Shown one piece after another: positions 10,102 to 20,843 of a DNA stretch of 64,000 nt. Position numbers and translations under genes: made by a program. Where the stretch lies: assembly GCA_943788915.1 (NCBI GenBank), contig CALSSD010000013.1:62001-126000 (forward strand). Reading direction: 5' to 3'. This DNA is from an uncultured Acidimicrobiales bacterium (GTDB lineage: Bacteria; Actinomycetota; Acidimicrobiia; Acidimicrobiales; UBA10347). The notes beneath the pieces were generated by a model. That model had not been told where the DNA came from. It did not search any database and saw only the letters and a program-made list of their open reading frames with translations. Position 1 is the first letter of the stretch. Each line of letters begins with the position of its first letter.

Positions 10102-11028
10102 TCAACGGCCGAAGATGAGCGATGCTGGCGCGACCACAGAGACGATCGCTACAAACACCGCAAAACTAAGTACCGCCACGAAGATCGGTGCAAGGCCTAA
10201 CGCCGCTCGACCTCTGCGTCGTGCCATACCCACAACGAGGCCGCCAACCATGCCCACGGCAAGTCCACCCATGTGGCCTCCGAGGGACACAAACGGCAGG
10301 AAGCTGAGCGCAACGTTGATAAGAATCAGAGGACCAACGCCGGTTTTCAAGACGTTGTGGCCGTTGAGCATCTGGAGTACAGCGGTCGCTCCCATCAGTG
10401 CGAACACGGCACCGCTCGCCCCGCCCACCTGGCTTTCAGGCTCGATGAGAAGAGCACCTAGTGATCCGCCGAGCACACCAGAGAAGAACAGGGCTGCAAA
10501 GGTCAGCGCACCGAACACCCCCTCGATCAGTCGGCCGAGCTGCCACAACACCAACATGTTCATACCGAGATGAGCCATGCTGAAGTGGATAAAGCCGGAC
10601 GTGAAGACGCGGTACCACTCTCCCTCGAACACCAAACTCGGGCGGTACAGGGTGAGGTCGCCGAGTCCCGAGGTCAGGACGCCGCCGACTCGCTGGTCGC
10701 TGGTCCCCAAGACCCACGAGCCATCGACTCCGGTGTCATAGAAGAAGATCGAGGCACACACGGCGATGATCAGCGTGGTCACTACGGGAAGATGTGCTCT
10801 TTTCGCTGCAATCGCTTGGTTGGAAGCGCCGCTTTGCTGCGTGGCTGGCCCCGGCGGCGGTAGCTGCGCTGGTGCTGAATGCGAGCGCACACAGAGAGGG
10901 CACAGTGGGCCGGTAGCGCCCCGGTGGGTGCATTGCGGGCAGATCCCTCGACCACACGAACTGCAACGCAGCGTCCCAACCCGATCGGCGCGGATAACAC
11001 ACACCCGGTCGGTTGAAGGAAGAGTCAC
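10102..11028 (-). CDS. Rhomboid intramembrane serine protease with N-terminal Zn-finger
   Basis: C..C.R.IC..C...LCPLC; EWYR, H...H...NM, GASGA, GH.GG; GTG 6 nt after TACTCT. Confidence 0.88.
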   Translation of the reverse strand: MTLPSTDRVCVIRADRVGTLRCSSCGRGICPQCTHRGATGPLCPLCVRSHSAPAQLPPPGPATQQSGASNQAIAAKRAHLPVVTTLIIAVCASIFFYDTGVDGSWVLGTSDQRVGGVLTSGLGDLTLYRPSLVFEGEWYRVFTSGFIHFSMAHLGMNMLVLWQLGRLIEGVFGALTFAALFFSGVLGGSLGALLIEPESQVGGASGAVFALMGATAVLQMLNGHNVLKTGVGPLILINVALSFLPFVSLGGHMGGLAVGMVGGLVVGMARRRGRAALGLAPIFVAVLSFAVFVAIVSVVAPASLIFGR

Positions 11029-11171
11029 CGCGAGAGAGTAGCGACTAGGCCTCGCTAACAGTCTGCAGGGTCCCAAACGCCTACATTTGATCGAATTGGT
11101 GGTGATCGTTCCAATTTCAGGCCGAGTGCAATAACGTACACCGGTCCGCATGACACCGAGGGGAGAGATAG

Positions 11172-12119
11172 GTGACTGACTATTTCGCTGGTTTCGACAT
11201 CGGTGGCACCAAGACACTCGCTCTCGTCGTGTCCGACGACGGCGAAATCGTGCACGAACGTCGAGAATTGCGACCACACGGCCCCGAAGAGACGGTCGAC
11301 CAATTGTGTTCGCTCGTCTCCGAGGTGCAAGCCGAGGCCGGCGTTGCTGTGTCAGCGGTCGGTATCGGTATTGCCGGAGCCATCAGTCGTTCCGGTTCCG
11401 TGCAGTTCTCACCAAATATCCCTGAACTTGTCGATTTTCCACTCCGCGATCTGCTGGCCGGTTGTGTCGACCTCCCCACGATCGTCGACAACGACGCTAC
11501 GGCTGCCACCTGGGCGGAACACCAGCTTGGCGCTGGTCGGGGCGTCGACGACCTGCTCTATGTAGCGCTTGGAACAGGGATCGGTACCGGGTTCGTACTT
11601 GATGGCCGTATCTATCGAGGTGCCCATGGTTTTGCTGGCGAATCGGGTCATATCGTGATCGATCGCCATGGTGGGACCCACATCAGTGGTGTCAGAGGCC
11701 CGTGGGAAATGTATGCATCTGGCAGTGGCCTTGGCGCACTTGCTCGTGAATGGGCGGTAGCCGGTCGCCTGCCCGCGGTGATGGCGGCCGCAGGGTCCGC
11801 CGACGCAATCCGGGGCGAACACGTAAGCGGTGCGCTTGCGAACGATGACCCCGACGCACATGCCCTGCTTGATGTCTTCGCATCCGATGTCGCCGTTGGC
11901 ATGACCAACCTCATGTACGTCCTTGATCCGGCACGTATCGTGCTTGGCGGCGGGCTCGTCGATATCGGCGAACCACTCCGGGCTCGGGTACAGCACTGGG
12001 TTGACAAGACCACACTCGGTGGTGCGTTTCGTCCCCATGTGCCGGTTGTACTTGCAGAGATGGGTTCACGATCTGCTGCTCTGGGCGCTGCAATGTTGGC
12101 TAGGGCACTGGTCTCCTAA
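11172..12119 (+). CDS. ROK family sugar kinase (glucokinase-like)
   Basis: [23 protein letters not shown]. Confidence 0.9.
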   Translation: MTDYFAGFDIGGTKTLALVVSDDGEIVHERRELRPHGPEETVDQLCSLVSEVQAEAGVAVSAVGIGIAGAISRSGSVQFSPNIPELVDFPLRDLLAGCVDLPTIVDNDATAATWAEHQLGAGRGVDDLLYVALGTGIGTGFVLDGRIYRGAHGFAGESGHIVIDRHGGTHISGVRGPWEMYASGSGLGALAREWAVAGRLPAVMAAAGSADAIRGEHVSGALANDDPDAHALLDVFASDVAVGMTNLMYVLDPARIVLGGGLVDIGEPLRARVQHWVDKTTLGGAFRPHVPVVLAEMGSRSAALGAAMLARALVS

Positions 12120-12347
12120 GAGAACGACGCCGGGCCGACCGGTGTTCACCCACGATGAGACGGGTGAACCAGCCACGAGCACTCGCTCCCGTTTGGTCAT
12201 GTGTTCGATGTGACAACAGTGCCGGGGCAGGACTTTCGCCCCTACCTTCGTTGACCTAACGAACGTAGTCTTGTCAACCAGAACAGGGTTCAAGGAGCCG
12301 ATGGCTCGTGATGCTCTGTACTCGGCTCAGAAGGACTGGCACTGGAA

Positions 12348-12710
12348 ATGCGACGCTTCAAGAACATCCTGTTCTGCCCCTTAGGCCACAAGGACAACGC
12401 GGCTGCACTACGTCGAGTCGCAGCTGCTTGCGGATCACAATCATGCGAACCTCACCATGTTTGGGGCTGTTGCCGCGCCAACTCGGCTCCAGCGGCTCCT
12501 TCACAACGCAGAATTTGAACAGAACCTGATCGAAGCAGAAGGGGCCGCGCTCCACAAACGACTCACCCGCTACCGCACGACAACAGACCAAAGTGATGTT
12601 GAGACAATCGTTGTGGTTGGCGACCCGGCCCAAAGCATTGTCGAACAGGTGCTTCTCTCCCACCACGATCTCGTGGTTGTCACCACCGATCAGAACGACG
12701 ACCATCCTCA
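12348..12710 (+). pseudogene. Universal stress protein N-terminal fragment (frameshifted, truncated)
   Basis: MRRFKNILF...; VVVGDPAQSIVEQV....HDLVV then abrupt end. Confidence 0.6.
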
Positions 12711-13010
12711 GACCGCCCAACCGCGGTGTTTGCAGCGAACGACCTCAATGCACTCGGCATGATTTCTGAATTTAATCGGCTCGGTATCGGGGTGCCATCA
12801 GAGATATCGGTTGTCGGGTACGACGACACGTCGTATGTCGGTCACGGGGCGCAGGGTCTCACGACCATCCATCAACCAGTCCACGAAATGGGTTCACGAG
12901 CCGCGGAACTATTGGTCGAACGGATCGAATGTGGTCGTACCACTACTGCGCACGAGGTGCTCCCACCCATGTTGGTGGTGCGCGGTACCACTGCCCCGGT
13001 GGTCCACTAA
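12711..13010 (+). pseudogene. LacI-family regulator C-terminal fragment (no HTH)
   Basis: PTAVFAANDLNALG...VP..ISVVGYDD...LTTI.QP..EMG..A...LVVRGTT. Confidence 0.75.
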
Positions 13011-13020
13011 GTGAGTTGTA

Positions 13021-13920
13021 TCACGCGGCACCGGGCCAGTCAGAGAACGTCAACCTGGTGATGCGTTCATAGGCCTCGATGTATCGGGTTGTGGTTGCTT
13101 CGAGTGCCTCGACGGGCAACGTGGGCGCCGGATAGGTCTTTGGCCAGTCGAGCGTTTCGAGGAAGTCGCGCACCGGCTGTTTGTCGAACGACGGTGGGGT
13201 CGACCCGGGTACCCACTCGTTTGCGGGCCAAAAACGCGATGAGTCGGGCGTCAGCATCTCGTCGGCGACGACCAACTCACCGTTCACATGGCCCAGTTCG
13301 AACTTGGTATCGGCAACAATGATGCCCCGTTCCCGGGCAAGGTCAGCACCCCGTGTGTACAGCTCAAGCGAGATGGAACGCGCCTGTTCGGCCAGCTCGC
13401 CACCCAGAATCTCTACCGCCCGATCGAAGGTAATGTTTTCGTCGTGCAAGCCGTCTGCGGCTTTCGTCGATGGGGTAAAGACCGGCTCCGGCAGCTGGCT
13501 CGACTCGAGCAAACCATCGGGCATTGGCGCGCCGTGCATGGTGCCGGACCGCTGATACTCCTTCCACGCCGAACCTGTGAGGTACCCCCGAACGATGCAT
13601 TCGACTGGCAACATCTCGGCCTTGTGGGTCAACATGATCCGGCCAGCCAGATCCTCGACGTCGGCAGCCGCAGGAACATCACCGACGTCAGTGGAGATGA
13701 GATGGTTGCCGGCAATGTCGCTGAGCTGCTCAAACCAGAACGCTGAGATCGCTGTCAGCACTCGCCCCTTGTGCAGCACCGTCTCGTTCATGACGACATC
13801 GAACGCCGAGAGCCGATCCGAGGTGATCATCAGGTAACGGTCATCACCGGCGTCGTATATGTCACGTACCTTGCCCGAGTACACGTGGGGAAGGTCAACG
13901 ACGTAGGCCGGTTCTCGCAT
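13021..13920 (-). CDS. purC: SAICAR synthetase
   Basis: SGKVRDIY, SDRLSAFD, ECIVRGYL, ADTKFELG, DEMLTPDSSRFW. Confidence 0.96.
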   Translation of the reverse strand: MREPAYVVDLPHVYSGKVRDIYDAGDDRYLMITSDRLSAFDVVMNETVLHKGRVLTAISAFWFEQLSDIAGNHLISTDVGDVPAAADVEDLAGRIMLTHKAEMLPVECIVRGYLTGSAWKEYQRSGTMHGAPMPDGLLESSQLPEPVFTPSTKAADGLHDENITFDRAVEILGGELAEQARSISLELYTRGADLARERGIIVADTKFELGHVNGELVVADEMLTPDSSRFWPANEWVPGSTPPSFDKQPVRDFLETLDWPKTYPAPTLPVEALEATTTRYIEAYERITRLTFSDWPGAA

Positions 13921-13931
13921 AACGATCCTCT

Positions 13932-14750
13932 TTAAGCGGGTGCGATGACGTCAGGCGAAACGATAGTGCTCGCACGGGCGATCCAAAGCGACCAGCCAAT
14001 CACGTCGCGATCTCGTTCCCGAGCTGCCTGCCAGTCAGCCTGCTCCTCGATCCACTGTTCGGAGCGAATACCTGGGTGGGTCACGGCCCATGCAGCCGCA
14101 GCTTGGGCGGTACGGGCTAGGTACGCGTCCCACCCTGCATCATCGGGGTCAACGCGATGCACTGGCACCAGACCATGGGTAGCCAATAGTTCGCGCTGGT
14201 CGTCGATTGTTTCGACCACGCCCCGTTCGCTACGGACTCTGTCCGCGTCAGCTGTGGTGTGCAACCGAGCGGCACCGATCACGACTGCTCCCCCTGGTGC
14301 CACCCTGGCAGCCAACGCCTTCGCTGTCCCCGAGAAGTCATGCCATACCCATTCAGCCCCGATACACACCGCTATGTCAGCCCGGTGCTGTGGGAAGAAG
14401 TCGCGGGCTTCGCCGAGCACCCACTGCAACGTGCCGTTGGGCGCTCGAACCGGGGTCTGGGCGGCCGCCGACGCGATCATCCACGGGGACAGATCAACGC
14501 CCGTGCCGTTGATCTCACGCTGCGCAGCCATTCGAAACAGGACCTCGCCATACCCACACGCCATGTCAACCACATGATGGCCAGCATCCGGTTCGGTCGC
14601 CTCGACAACTTCGTCGAGTTGAGCACAGGTCATCGGGTTGCAGATCTGCATTGAGTGATGGAGCGCCTCGAAGATCTCGAACCGCTGCCACACATCCTCG
14701 ACATCGGTGCCAGGGCGGATCTCGACCGCTGGGCCGAGGGTGGGGCGTCG
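13932..14750 (-). CDS. Class I SAM-dependent methyltransferase (start uncertain)
   Basis: ICNPM, VVDMACGYGE, GVDLSP, AVCIGA. Confidence 0.75.
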   Translation of the reverse strand, partial: RRPTLGPAVEIRPGTDVEDVWQRFEIFEALHHSMQICNPMTCAQLDEVVEATEPDAGHHVVDMACGYGEVLFRMAAQREINGTGVDLSPWMIASAAAQTPVRAPNGTLQWVLGEARDFFPQHRADIAVCIGAEWVWHDFSGTAKALAARVAPGGAVVIGAARLHTTADADRVRSERGVVETIDDQRELLATHGLVPVHRVDPDDAGWDAYLARTAQAAAAWAVTHPGIRSEQWIEEQADWQAARERDRDVIGWSLWIARASTIVSPDVIAPA

Positions 14751-14776
14751 GACGCTGCTATCCAAACCGGCGATAA

Positions 14777-15748
14777 CTAACCCTCGAGTAGTGCCGCTGC
14801 TTCGAGGGCCGCGTAGGTGAAGATGAGGTCGGCACCGGCGCGTCGGAACGAGGTGAGACTTTCGAGCAGGCAGGCGTCGTAATCGATCCACCCATTCGCT
14901 CCCGCCGCTTTGAGCATCGCAAACTCACCGCTGACTTGGTACGCCGTGACCGGCAAGGTCGTGTTGTCGCGAAAGTCGCGGATGACATCGAGGTATGGCA
15001 TGCCTGGCTTGACCATGACCCAGTCGGCACCTTCGAGTTCATCGAGTCGTAGTTCGCGGAGTGCCTCGCGGCGATTTGCCGGATCCATCTGATACGTCTT
15101 CTTATCGCCGCCGCGAGGTTCGCTATCGAGCGCCTCGCGGAAAGGACCATAGAACGCGCTGGCATATTTTGCGCAGTAGCTATTGATCAGTACATGTTCG
15201 TGACCAGCCGCGTCGAGCGCATTGCGGATGGCTCCAATTCGACCGTCCATCATGTCGGACGGCGCTACCACGTCGGTGCCAGCGTCGGCTTGGGCGACCG
15301 CCATAGCAGCCAGAATCTCAACGCTTTCATCGTTCACGATGTTGCCGTCGACCACAACGCCGTCGTGACCGTCGGAGCTATACGGATCGAGTGCCACATC
15401 CGTAATGACCAAGAGCTCAGGAACCGCGGCCTTGATCGCTCGTACAGCCCGTAAGTTCACATTGTTGGGATCCGTGGAGTGGGTCCCGTGTGTGTCCTTC
15501 TGGTCATCGGGAAGCGCCGGAAACAAGGCGATACCTGGCACGCCAGCTTCGGCAACGGCTTCGCAGTGTTTGACCATGAGATCAATTGACAGTCGGGCTT
15601 GGCCTGGCATGGACGCAATGGGCGTGAACTCACCTACGCCCTCCTGGACAAACAACGGGAGGATCAGGTTGTGCACCCCGAGATCAGTCTCGCGAGCCAT
15701 GGCACGAATCGCTGCGGTGCTTCGGTTTCGACGGGGCCGTTGCTGCAT
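14777..15748 (-). CDS. hemB: Porphobilinogen synthase
   Basis: RPRRNR, DVALDPYSSDGHDG, APSDMMDGR, KYASAFYGPFR, MVKPG, AYQVSGE. Confidence 0.96.
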   Translation of the reverse strand: MQQRPRRNRSTAAIRAMARETDLGVHNLILPLFVQEGVGEFTPIASMPGQARLSIDLMVKHCEAVAEAGVPGIALFPALPDDQKDTHGTHSTDPNNVNLRAVRAIKAAVPELLVITDVALDPYSSDGHDGVVVDGNIVNDESVEILAAMAVAQADAGTDVVAPSDMMDGRIGAIRNALDAAGHEHVLINSYCAKYASAFYGPFREALDSEPRGGDKKTYQMDPANRREALRELRLDELEGADWVMVKPGMPYLDVIRDFRDNTTLPVTAYQVSGEFAMLKAAGANGWIDYDACLLESLTSFRRAGADLIFTYAALEAAALLEG

Positions 15749-15910
15749 GGCTAAACGATAGCTCCCCGACGGCATGACCAGATATGGCCGACCACTATCC
15801 TGTCTTGGCTAATGCCGGTGACCCAGGGCAACTCACGGAGAGCGCGACGCCATGGGGGCTGAACGAATCGTCGCAAGAACGGGCAGCCGACCGGTTGCTA
15901 ACGTCCGGTT

Positions 15911-16357
15911 ATGGATCCGGTGAACCGCACGAACACACGCTTGTGTGGCCTCGTGCAGGAGCTCGATGACAAACTCGCTGCCTCGCGCACGCGAACCCAG
16001 GCGGGGATCGATCCGGTTGCCATCGTCCGCAGCGAGCGCAAGGTACCGGCATGGCTCGGCTTCGCTGCCGTCACGTTGCTCGGCATCGGTATCGGTGCGG
16101 TGGTCGTGCGCCCGTGGCAGGAACGGTGTTCGTATGATCCAGACGTGTGTGCTGTTGCGCAACTAGATATCGACGCCCTTCGCATCACCATTCCCTATTC
16201 CGAGGTGATAGCGACATTGCCCAACATCGATGCGCTCGACCCCAACGATGAATTGACTGCTGGTGACATCTTTGCGATGGAGCGGTTCGCCCATCTCAAC
16301 TTCGCAGAGCTATTAACCGACGAAGACATAGATCGTTTGCTTCGCGCCTCTGATTAA
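15911..16357 (+). CDS. Hypothetical single-TM protein (start uncertain)
   Basis: One hydrophobic helix then an acidic domain; fills the gap between genes. Confidence 0.5.
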   Translation: MDPVNRTNTRLCGLVQELDDKLAASRTRTQAGIDPVAIVRSERKVPAWLGFAAVTLLGIGIGAVVVRPWQERCSYDPDVCAVAQLDIDALRITIPYSEVIATLPNIDALDPNDELTAGDIFAMERFAHLNFAELLTDEDIDRLLRASD

Positions 16358-16410
16358 GTTAAACGGCCACTCTCTGGGTTCGAAGACACCCGGCCTTCTA
16401 AGGTCTGGAT

Positions 16411-17091
16411 ATGGACCTGTATGAAGCAATGCGCACCACCCCATCGTGCCGATACTTCACCGACGACCCGCTAGACGACGAAATCCTGCACCGGATCTTC
16501 GACCATGCTCGTTTTGCGTCGTCCGGCGGCAATCGTCAGGGGTGGCGCACCATCGTGGTGACCGATCCCGAACTCAAGCGGCAGATCTCTGAGCTTCATG
16601 CCAAGCAGTGGAACGTCTATCTCGATCATGCCCGCGACGGTGTTGTTGGCTACCAGACAACCGATGCCGCCACAAAGATGGACTCCTACAGCCCAGCGCA
16701 GCAACGGCTGACACGCACCGATGACTTCGCAAAATCATTGGCTAATGTTCCTGCGCTGCTGGTCTGTTGCGTCGAGCTGTGGACGCTCGCCGTCACGGAT
16801 AAGGACCTCGATCGTCAGAGCATCGTTGGCGGAGGTTCGCTCTACACCTTTGTTCAAAACGTGTTGCTGGGGTGTCGCAACGAAGGACTTGGCTCTGCGC
16901 TGACGACCTTGCTCGCGGCCGAAGAAGCAGCCGTCGCTGAACTCCTGGGTCTCCCCGACGAAGTCGCTGTTGGAGCGCTGGTGGCGGTCGGATGGCCCGT
17001 ACCCGAGAAGCAATACACCAAACTCAGTCGTAAGCCGGTTGAAGAGGTGGTGTTCCGGAATAGTTATGGCAACCCGTTCGAACTGGACTGA
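16411..17091 (+). CDS. Nitroreductase family protein
   Basis: R.F..DP, A.SGGNRQGW, QN.LL..R.EGLGS, VGWP. Confidence 0.9.
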   Translation: MDLYEAMRTTPSCRYFTDDPLDDEILHRIFDHARFASSGGNRQGWRTIVVTDPELKRQISELHAKQWNVYLDHARDGVVGYQTTDAATKMDSYSPAQQRLTRTDDFAKSLANVPALLVCCVELWTLAVTDKDLDRQSIVGGGSLYTFVQNVLLGCRNEGLGSALTTLLAAEEAAVAELLGLPDEVAVGALVAVGWPVPEKQYTKLSRKPVEEVVFRNSYGNPFELD

Positions 17092-17150
17092 TCCGTTATC
17101 GCACCCTTTTGTGGCGAGTTAGCTCGTCTGACGAAAGCTACGGTGAGTCA

Positions 17151-18674
17151 GTGGCACGGTTGAAGTTCCCGGCACTCTCGCAGTTGCCAATCTCGCTCGC
17201 TCCCCCGCGGATCACCACCACCGATGTCATCGCTGGCGCCAGCGTGGCCATGGTGCTCATTCCTCAGTCGCTCGCCTATGCCGAGCTCGCTCAGCTTCCT
17301 CCTTACATCGGCCTGTATGCGTCGGCCTTTCCGTTGCTTGTTTTTGCGCTGCTGGCATCGTCGCCGTACCTTCAGACCGGTCCGGTCGCCGTGACCAGCC
17401 TGCTCACGATTGCGGCGTTGCCCGAGGTCCCCCCGACCCAATTGCCTGCGATCGCTGCGCTGATGGCGTTTATGGTTGGGGCACTACGCGTCATCTTTGG
17501 GTTCGCCAGACTCGGTCATGTTGTGCGGCTTATGAGTACGCCGGTCGTCATGGGGTTTACCTCGGGAGCTGCAATTGTCATCATGTCGTCCCAGCTGCCT
17601 AAGGCCCTTGGTGCCCAGCCTCCAGATGGCGGAGTGTTGTGGCAGGCAGTCTGGTCGATTGGACACCCGTCTGGTTGGTCGTGGTCGGCGGTCGCACTCT
17701 CGTTGGTAACCGTCTCGTTGTTTATCGGTGGTCGAAAGATCAGCCCGTTCTTCCCCGGAGTCCTGATCGCCGTCATTATCGGCGTGTTCTATTCACGAAC
17801 CAGCGGTTACAGCGGCGTAACCGTCAACGAGGTCCCCGAAGGGCTGCCGCCGTTCAGCCTTGACCTGCCCTGGGATCAGATCCCGACGTTGTTGCTTGGT
17901 GCGGTCATTATCGCTCTGGTTGGTTTCGCAGAGCCAGCATCGATCGCTCGAACGTTCGCCAACGAAACCGGTGAACGTTGGGACTCGAACCAGGAGATGG
18001 TGGCGTCGGGTGTCGCCAACTTTGTTGCCGCTTTTTCCGGCGGTTACCCCGTTGGTGGCTCGTTCTCCCGAAGCTCCATCAACAGGTTGGCAGGTGCTCG
18101 AACCCGCTGGAGCGGCGGTGTCACCGGCCTTATTGTTCTCGCGTTTCTTCCATTCGCCAGTGTCCTTGAGCCTCTGCCCACTGCCGTTCTCGGAGCGATC
18201 GTCCTCGGCGCAGCGTCGTCTCTCGTGAAACCGACTCGGCTCGTTCGTTTATGGCAGCGCAGCAGGACCCAGGCGTTGTTGGCGTGGTCGACCACGGCTG
18301 CGACCCTGTTCTTCACGCCCCGGGTCGAACGTGCCGTGGTGCTGGGTGTTGTATTGACCTTCGTCGCTCATCTGTCACGCAAGTTCGCGATGCATCAGAC
18401 CACCGCCGACGACGGATCGGTCACGGTGAAGCCGGTTGGCCTGCTGTGGATGGCCACCGATCAACAATTCGAGCAGGGGCTGCACGACGCTGCTGCGGCC
18501 TCGACCAGTGGCGTAACCGTCGATTTTTCCCGCACACCGTTTCTGAACGCATCGGCCATCGATGCAATGAGTTCGGTCGCTGAGGAACTTGAGACCAGAG
18601 GCCACTGTCTCGACTGGAGTCATCCGCCTGTGGGCAGCGAACGTATGCTCAACGGCGTGCAAAAGAACGCCTAG
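17151..18674 (+). CDS. SulP family anion transporter with STAS-like tail
   Basis: LIPQSLAYA.LA, GPVA, GSFSRS; GTG 6 nt after TACGGT. Confidence 0.9.
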   Translation: MARLKFPALSQLPISLAPPRITTTDVIAGASVAMVLIPQSLAYAELAQLPPYIGLYASAFPLLVFALLASSPYLQTGPVAVTSLLTIAALPEVPPTQLPAIAALMAFMVGALRVIFGFARLGHVVRLMSTPVVMGFTSGAAIVIMSSQLPKALGAQPPDGGVLWQAVWSIGHPSGWSWSAVALSLVTVSLFIGGRKISPFFPGVLIAVIIGVFYSRTSGYSGVTVNEVPEGLPPFSLDLPWDQIPTLLLGAVIIALVGFAEPASIARTFANETGERWDSNQEMVASGVANFVAAFSGGYPVGGSFSRSSINRLAGARTRWSGGVTGLIVLAFLPFASVLEPLPTAVLGAIVLGAASSLVKPTRLVRLWQRSRTQALLAWSTTAATLFFTPRVERAVVLGVVLTFVAHLSRKFAMHQTTADDGSVTVKPVGLLWMATDQQFEQGLHDAAAASTSGVTVDFSRTPFLNASAIDAMSSVAEELETRGHCLDWSHPPVGSERMLNGVQKNA

Positions 18675-18708
18675 ATTGTGGGTTGGTTGGCTGCAGGGCG
18701 CTCGTTGG

Positions 18709-20124
18709 TTAGAGAACCGGTCGACGGGCGCCGACGTTGGTTGCCGTCTCAAACTGCTTGGCGATCTCGAGCAGAGCCCGATCAGATCGGGGCGGCCCAA
18801 CGATCTGCAAACCAATCGGAAGGCCATCCTCGGTGAATCCGGCCGGCACGGAGATCGCCGGGCAATTCATGATCGTGACATCGGTGACAATACGCATCCA
18901 TTCGATGTAGGTCTGCAACTCGACGCCATTGATCTCGGTGATGTACTCAGTCTTGACATCGAACGGTGGCACTTGTGCAACCGGACAAAGCAGGAAGTCG
19001 TAGTCCTCAAAGAACGTCACGGAACGCTGGTACAACTCGCCCCGAAGCTTCCACGCCTTCATGTTTTCGGCCATCGGCATTTCCATGCCACGGCGGACGT
19101 TCCAGCGAACGGTCTCCTTCATCTTGTCGCCAAACTTTTCGATCAAGCCGCTGTAGCTCGTAGCGAAACTCCATGCTCGTAACGTGTCGAACACGTAGCC
19201 GGCTTCGGTCAGATCAGGACATGCTTCTTCGACACAGTGTCCGAGACCATCAAAGACCTGAGGAACGTGGGCAAGAGCGGCGGTGACGTCGGGGTGTACA
19301 GGCAAGCCGCCAAGATCGGGCGCCCAGGCAACCCGTAACGTCGACGTCGGCTCAGCAATTGGTGGAGCGAAGAAGATGCCTGGCGTCTCGAGCGCGATTG
19401 GGTTCCGAGCATCTGGCCCCGCCTGAGCTGCCAACAGCAAAGCGCAATCATCTACCGAACGGGCCATAGGGCCTTCGGTCGATAGATAACTCCACGGATT
19501 GGCCTTCGGCCACGCTGGCACTCGTCCGGGCGATGGCCGGAGCCCAACAACATTGCAGAATGATGCCGGGTTACGCAGTGAGCCGCCCATATCGGACCCA
19601 TCGGCAATGGGAACCATCCCGGTCGCAAGCGCTACCGCTGCTCCCCCGCTGGAACCGCCGCAGGTTCGAGTGGTGTCATACGGGTTCACTGTTTCGCCGA
19701 ACACCGCGTTGAAGGTTTGAGACCCTGCCCCGAACTCTGGCGTGTTCGTCTTGCCCATGGTCACGGCGCCAGCGTCGACGGCACGTTCCACGATGAGGTC
19801 ATTTTTGGTTGGGACATGGTCCGCCATCAGCGGTGAACCATGGGTGGTGCGGATGCCCGCAGTATTCGCCAAATCTTTGTGTGCGATCGGCAGCCCATGC
19901 AGTAGGCCCAGTTCCTCACCCGCCGCTTGTCTCCTGTCGGCCTCAGCTGCCATGTTCCGGCCATGCTCGGCGGCGATCGTCACGATCGCATTCACTTTGG
20001 GGTTGACCTCGGCGATGTGGTCAAGGTGTGCATCAAGCACCTCGGATGCTGACACCTGGCCGGTCTTCATCATCGCGGTGAGATCTACCGCTGACTTCCA
20101 TACAAGTTCCGCATCGGTTTCCAC
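18709..20124 (-). CDS. Amidase (amidase-signature family)
   Basis: GKTNTPEFG, GGSSGG, GSDMGGSLRNPA. Confidence 0.92.
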   Translation of the reverse strand: METDAELVWKSAVDLTAMMKTGQVSASEVLDAHLDHIAEVNPKVNAIVTIAAEHGRNMAAEADRRQAAGEELGLLHGLPIAHKDLANTAGIRTTHGSPLMADHVPTKNDLIVERAVDAGAVTMGKTNTPEFGAGSQTFNAVFGETVNPYDTTRTCGGSSGGAAVALATGMVPIADGSDMGGSLRNPASFCNVVGLRPSPGRVPAWPKANPWSYLSTEGPMARSVDDCALLLAAQAGPDARNPIALETPGIFFAPPIAEPTSTLRVAWAPDLGGLPVHPDVTAALAHVPQVFDGLGHCVEEACPDLTEAGYVFDTLRAWSFATSYSGLIEKFGDKMKETVRWNVRRGMEMPMAENMKAWKLRGELYQRSVTFFEDYDFLLCPVAQVPPFDVKTEYITEINGVELQTYIEWMRIVTDVTIMNCPAISVPAGFTEDGLPIGLQIVGPPRSDRALLEIAKQFETATNVGARRPVL

Positions 20125-20220
20125 GGGGCAACGCTAACCACTCTCACGGCTCGACGGGTAACATCGTCCCCGAAACCGCAGTCACAACGGGTGCGTGCGG
20201 GCTACAAGGAGTTACAAGCG

Positions 20221-20703
20221 ATGGCAGTTTCGGTTGGCGACAACATCCCCGACGTTGAAGTTCGTGTGCTCGGCGACGATGGCGCACCTACGCCTGTGCA
20301 GACCGGCGACGTGCTCGGTACCGGCAAGGTCGTTCTGTTTGCAGTCCCTGGTGCATTCACCCCAGGTTGTTCCAAGCTTCACATGCCTGGTTTCGTGCAG
20401 AACGAGGCTGAACTCGCTGCCAAGGGTGTTGACAAGGTTGTCTGTATCTCGGTGAACGATGCTTGGGTGATGGGTGCATGGGGCGAAGCTCAGGGTGCTG
20501 CCGACATCATGATGCTCGGTGACGGAAACGGCGAATTCACCGAGGCCATGGGCCTGACCAGTGACAAATCAGGCGCCGGCATGGGTAGCCGGTCACGTCG
20601 TTACGCGGCGATCATCGAAGATGGCGTTATCACGAGCCTCGACGTCGAAGAAGGCGGCGGCGTCGACGTCTCCAGCTGCGAAGTCGTCATCTCCAAGCTC
20701 TAG
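20221..20703 (+). CDS. Peroxiredoxin (Prx5 type)
   Basis: PGAFTPGCS, VND..VM.AW, RS.RYA; AAGGAG RBS. Confidence 0.92.
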   Translation: MAVSVGDNIPDVEVRVLGDDGAPTPVQTGDVLGTGKVVLFAVPGAFTPGCSKLHMPGFVQNEAELAAKGVDKVVCISVNDAWVMGAWGEAQGAADIMMLGDGNGEFTEAMGLTSDKSGAGMGSRSRRYAAIIEDGVITSLDVEEGGGVDVSSCEVVISKL

Positions 20704-20843
20704 CGAAGCATCAGTTAGCCGGCGAACGAGACAGTTTGTTCAGCTAGGCAAACAGAATCGAGTCCGTGGCCGGTGCCCGTCACCGGCCACGTTCGCGTCC
20801 AGGCATCTGTAACGCTCACACCGCGGTATGCGCGGCCTCAGGC

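Noticed and set aside
12195..12208. GGTCATGTGTTCGA, nearly identical to GGTCACGTGTTCGA at 6681, as additional LexA sites
   Set aside because: Only one half-site matches, and the 6681 copy overlaps a start codon
20221..20703. Peroxiredoxin as an additional selenoprotein
   Set aside because: The active-site codon is TGT (Cys) and there is no in-frame UGA
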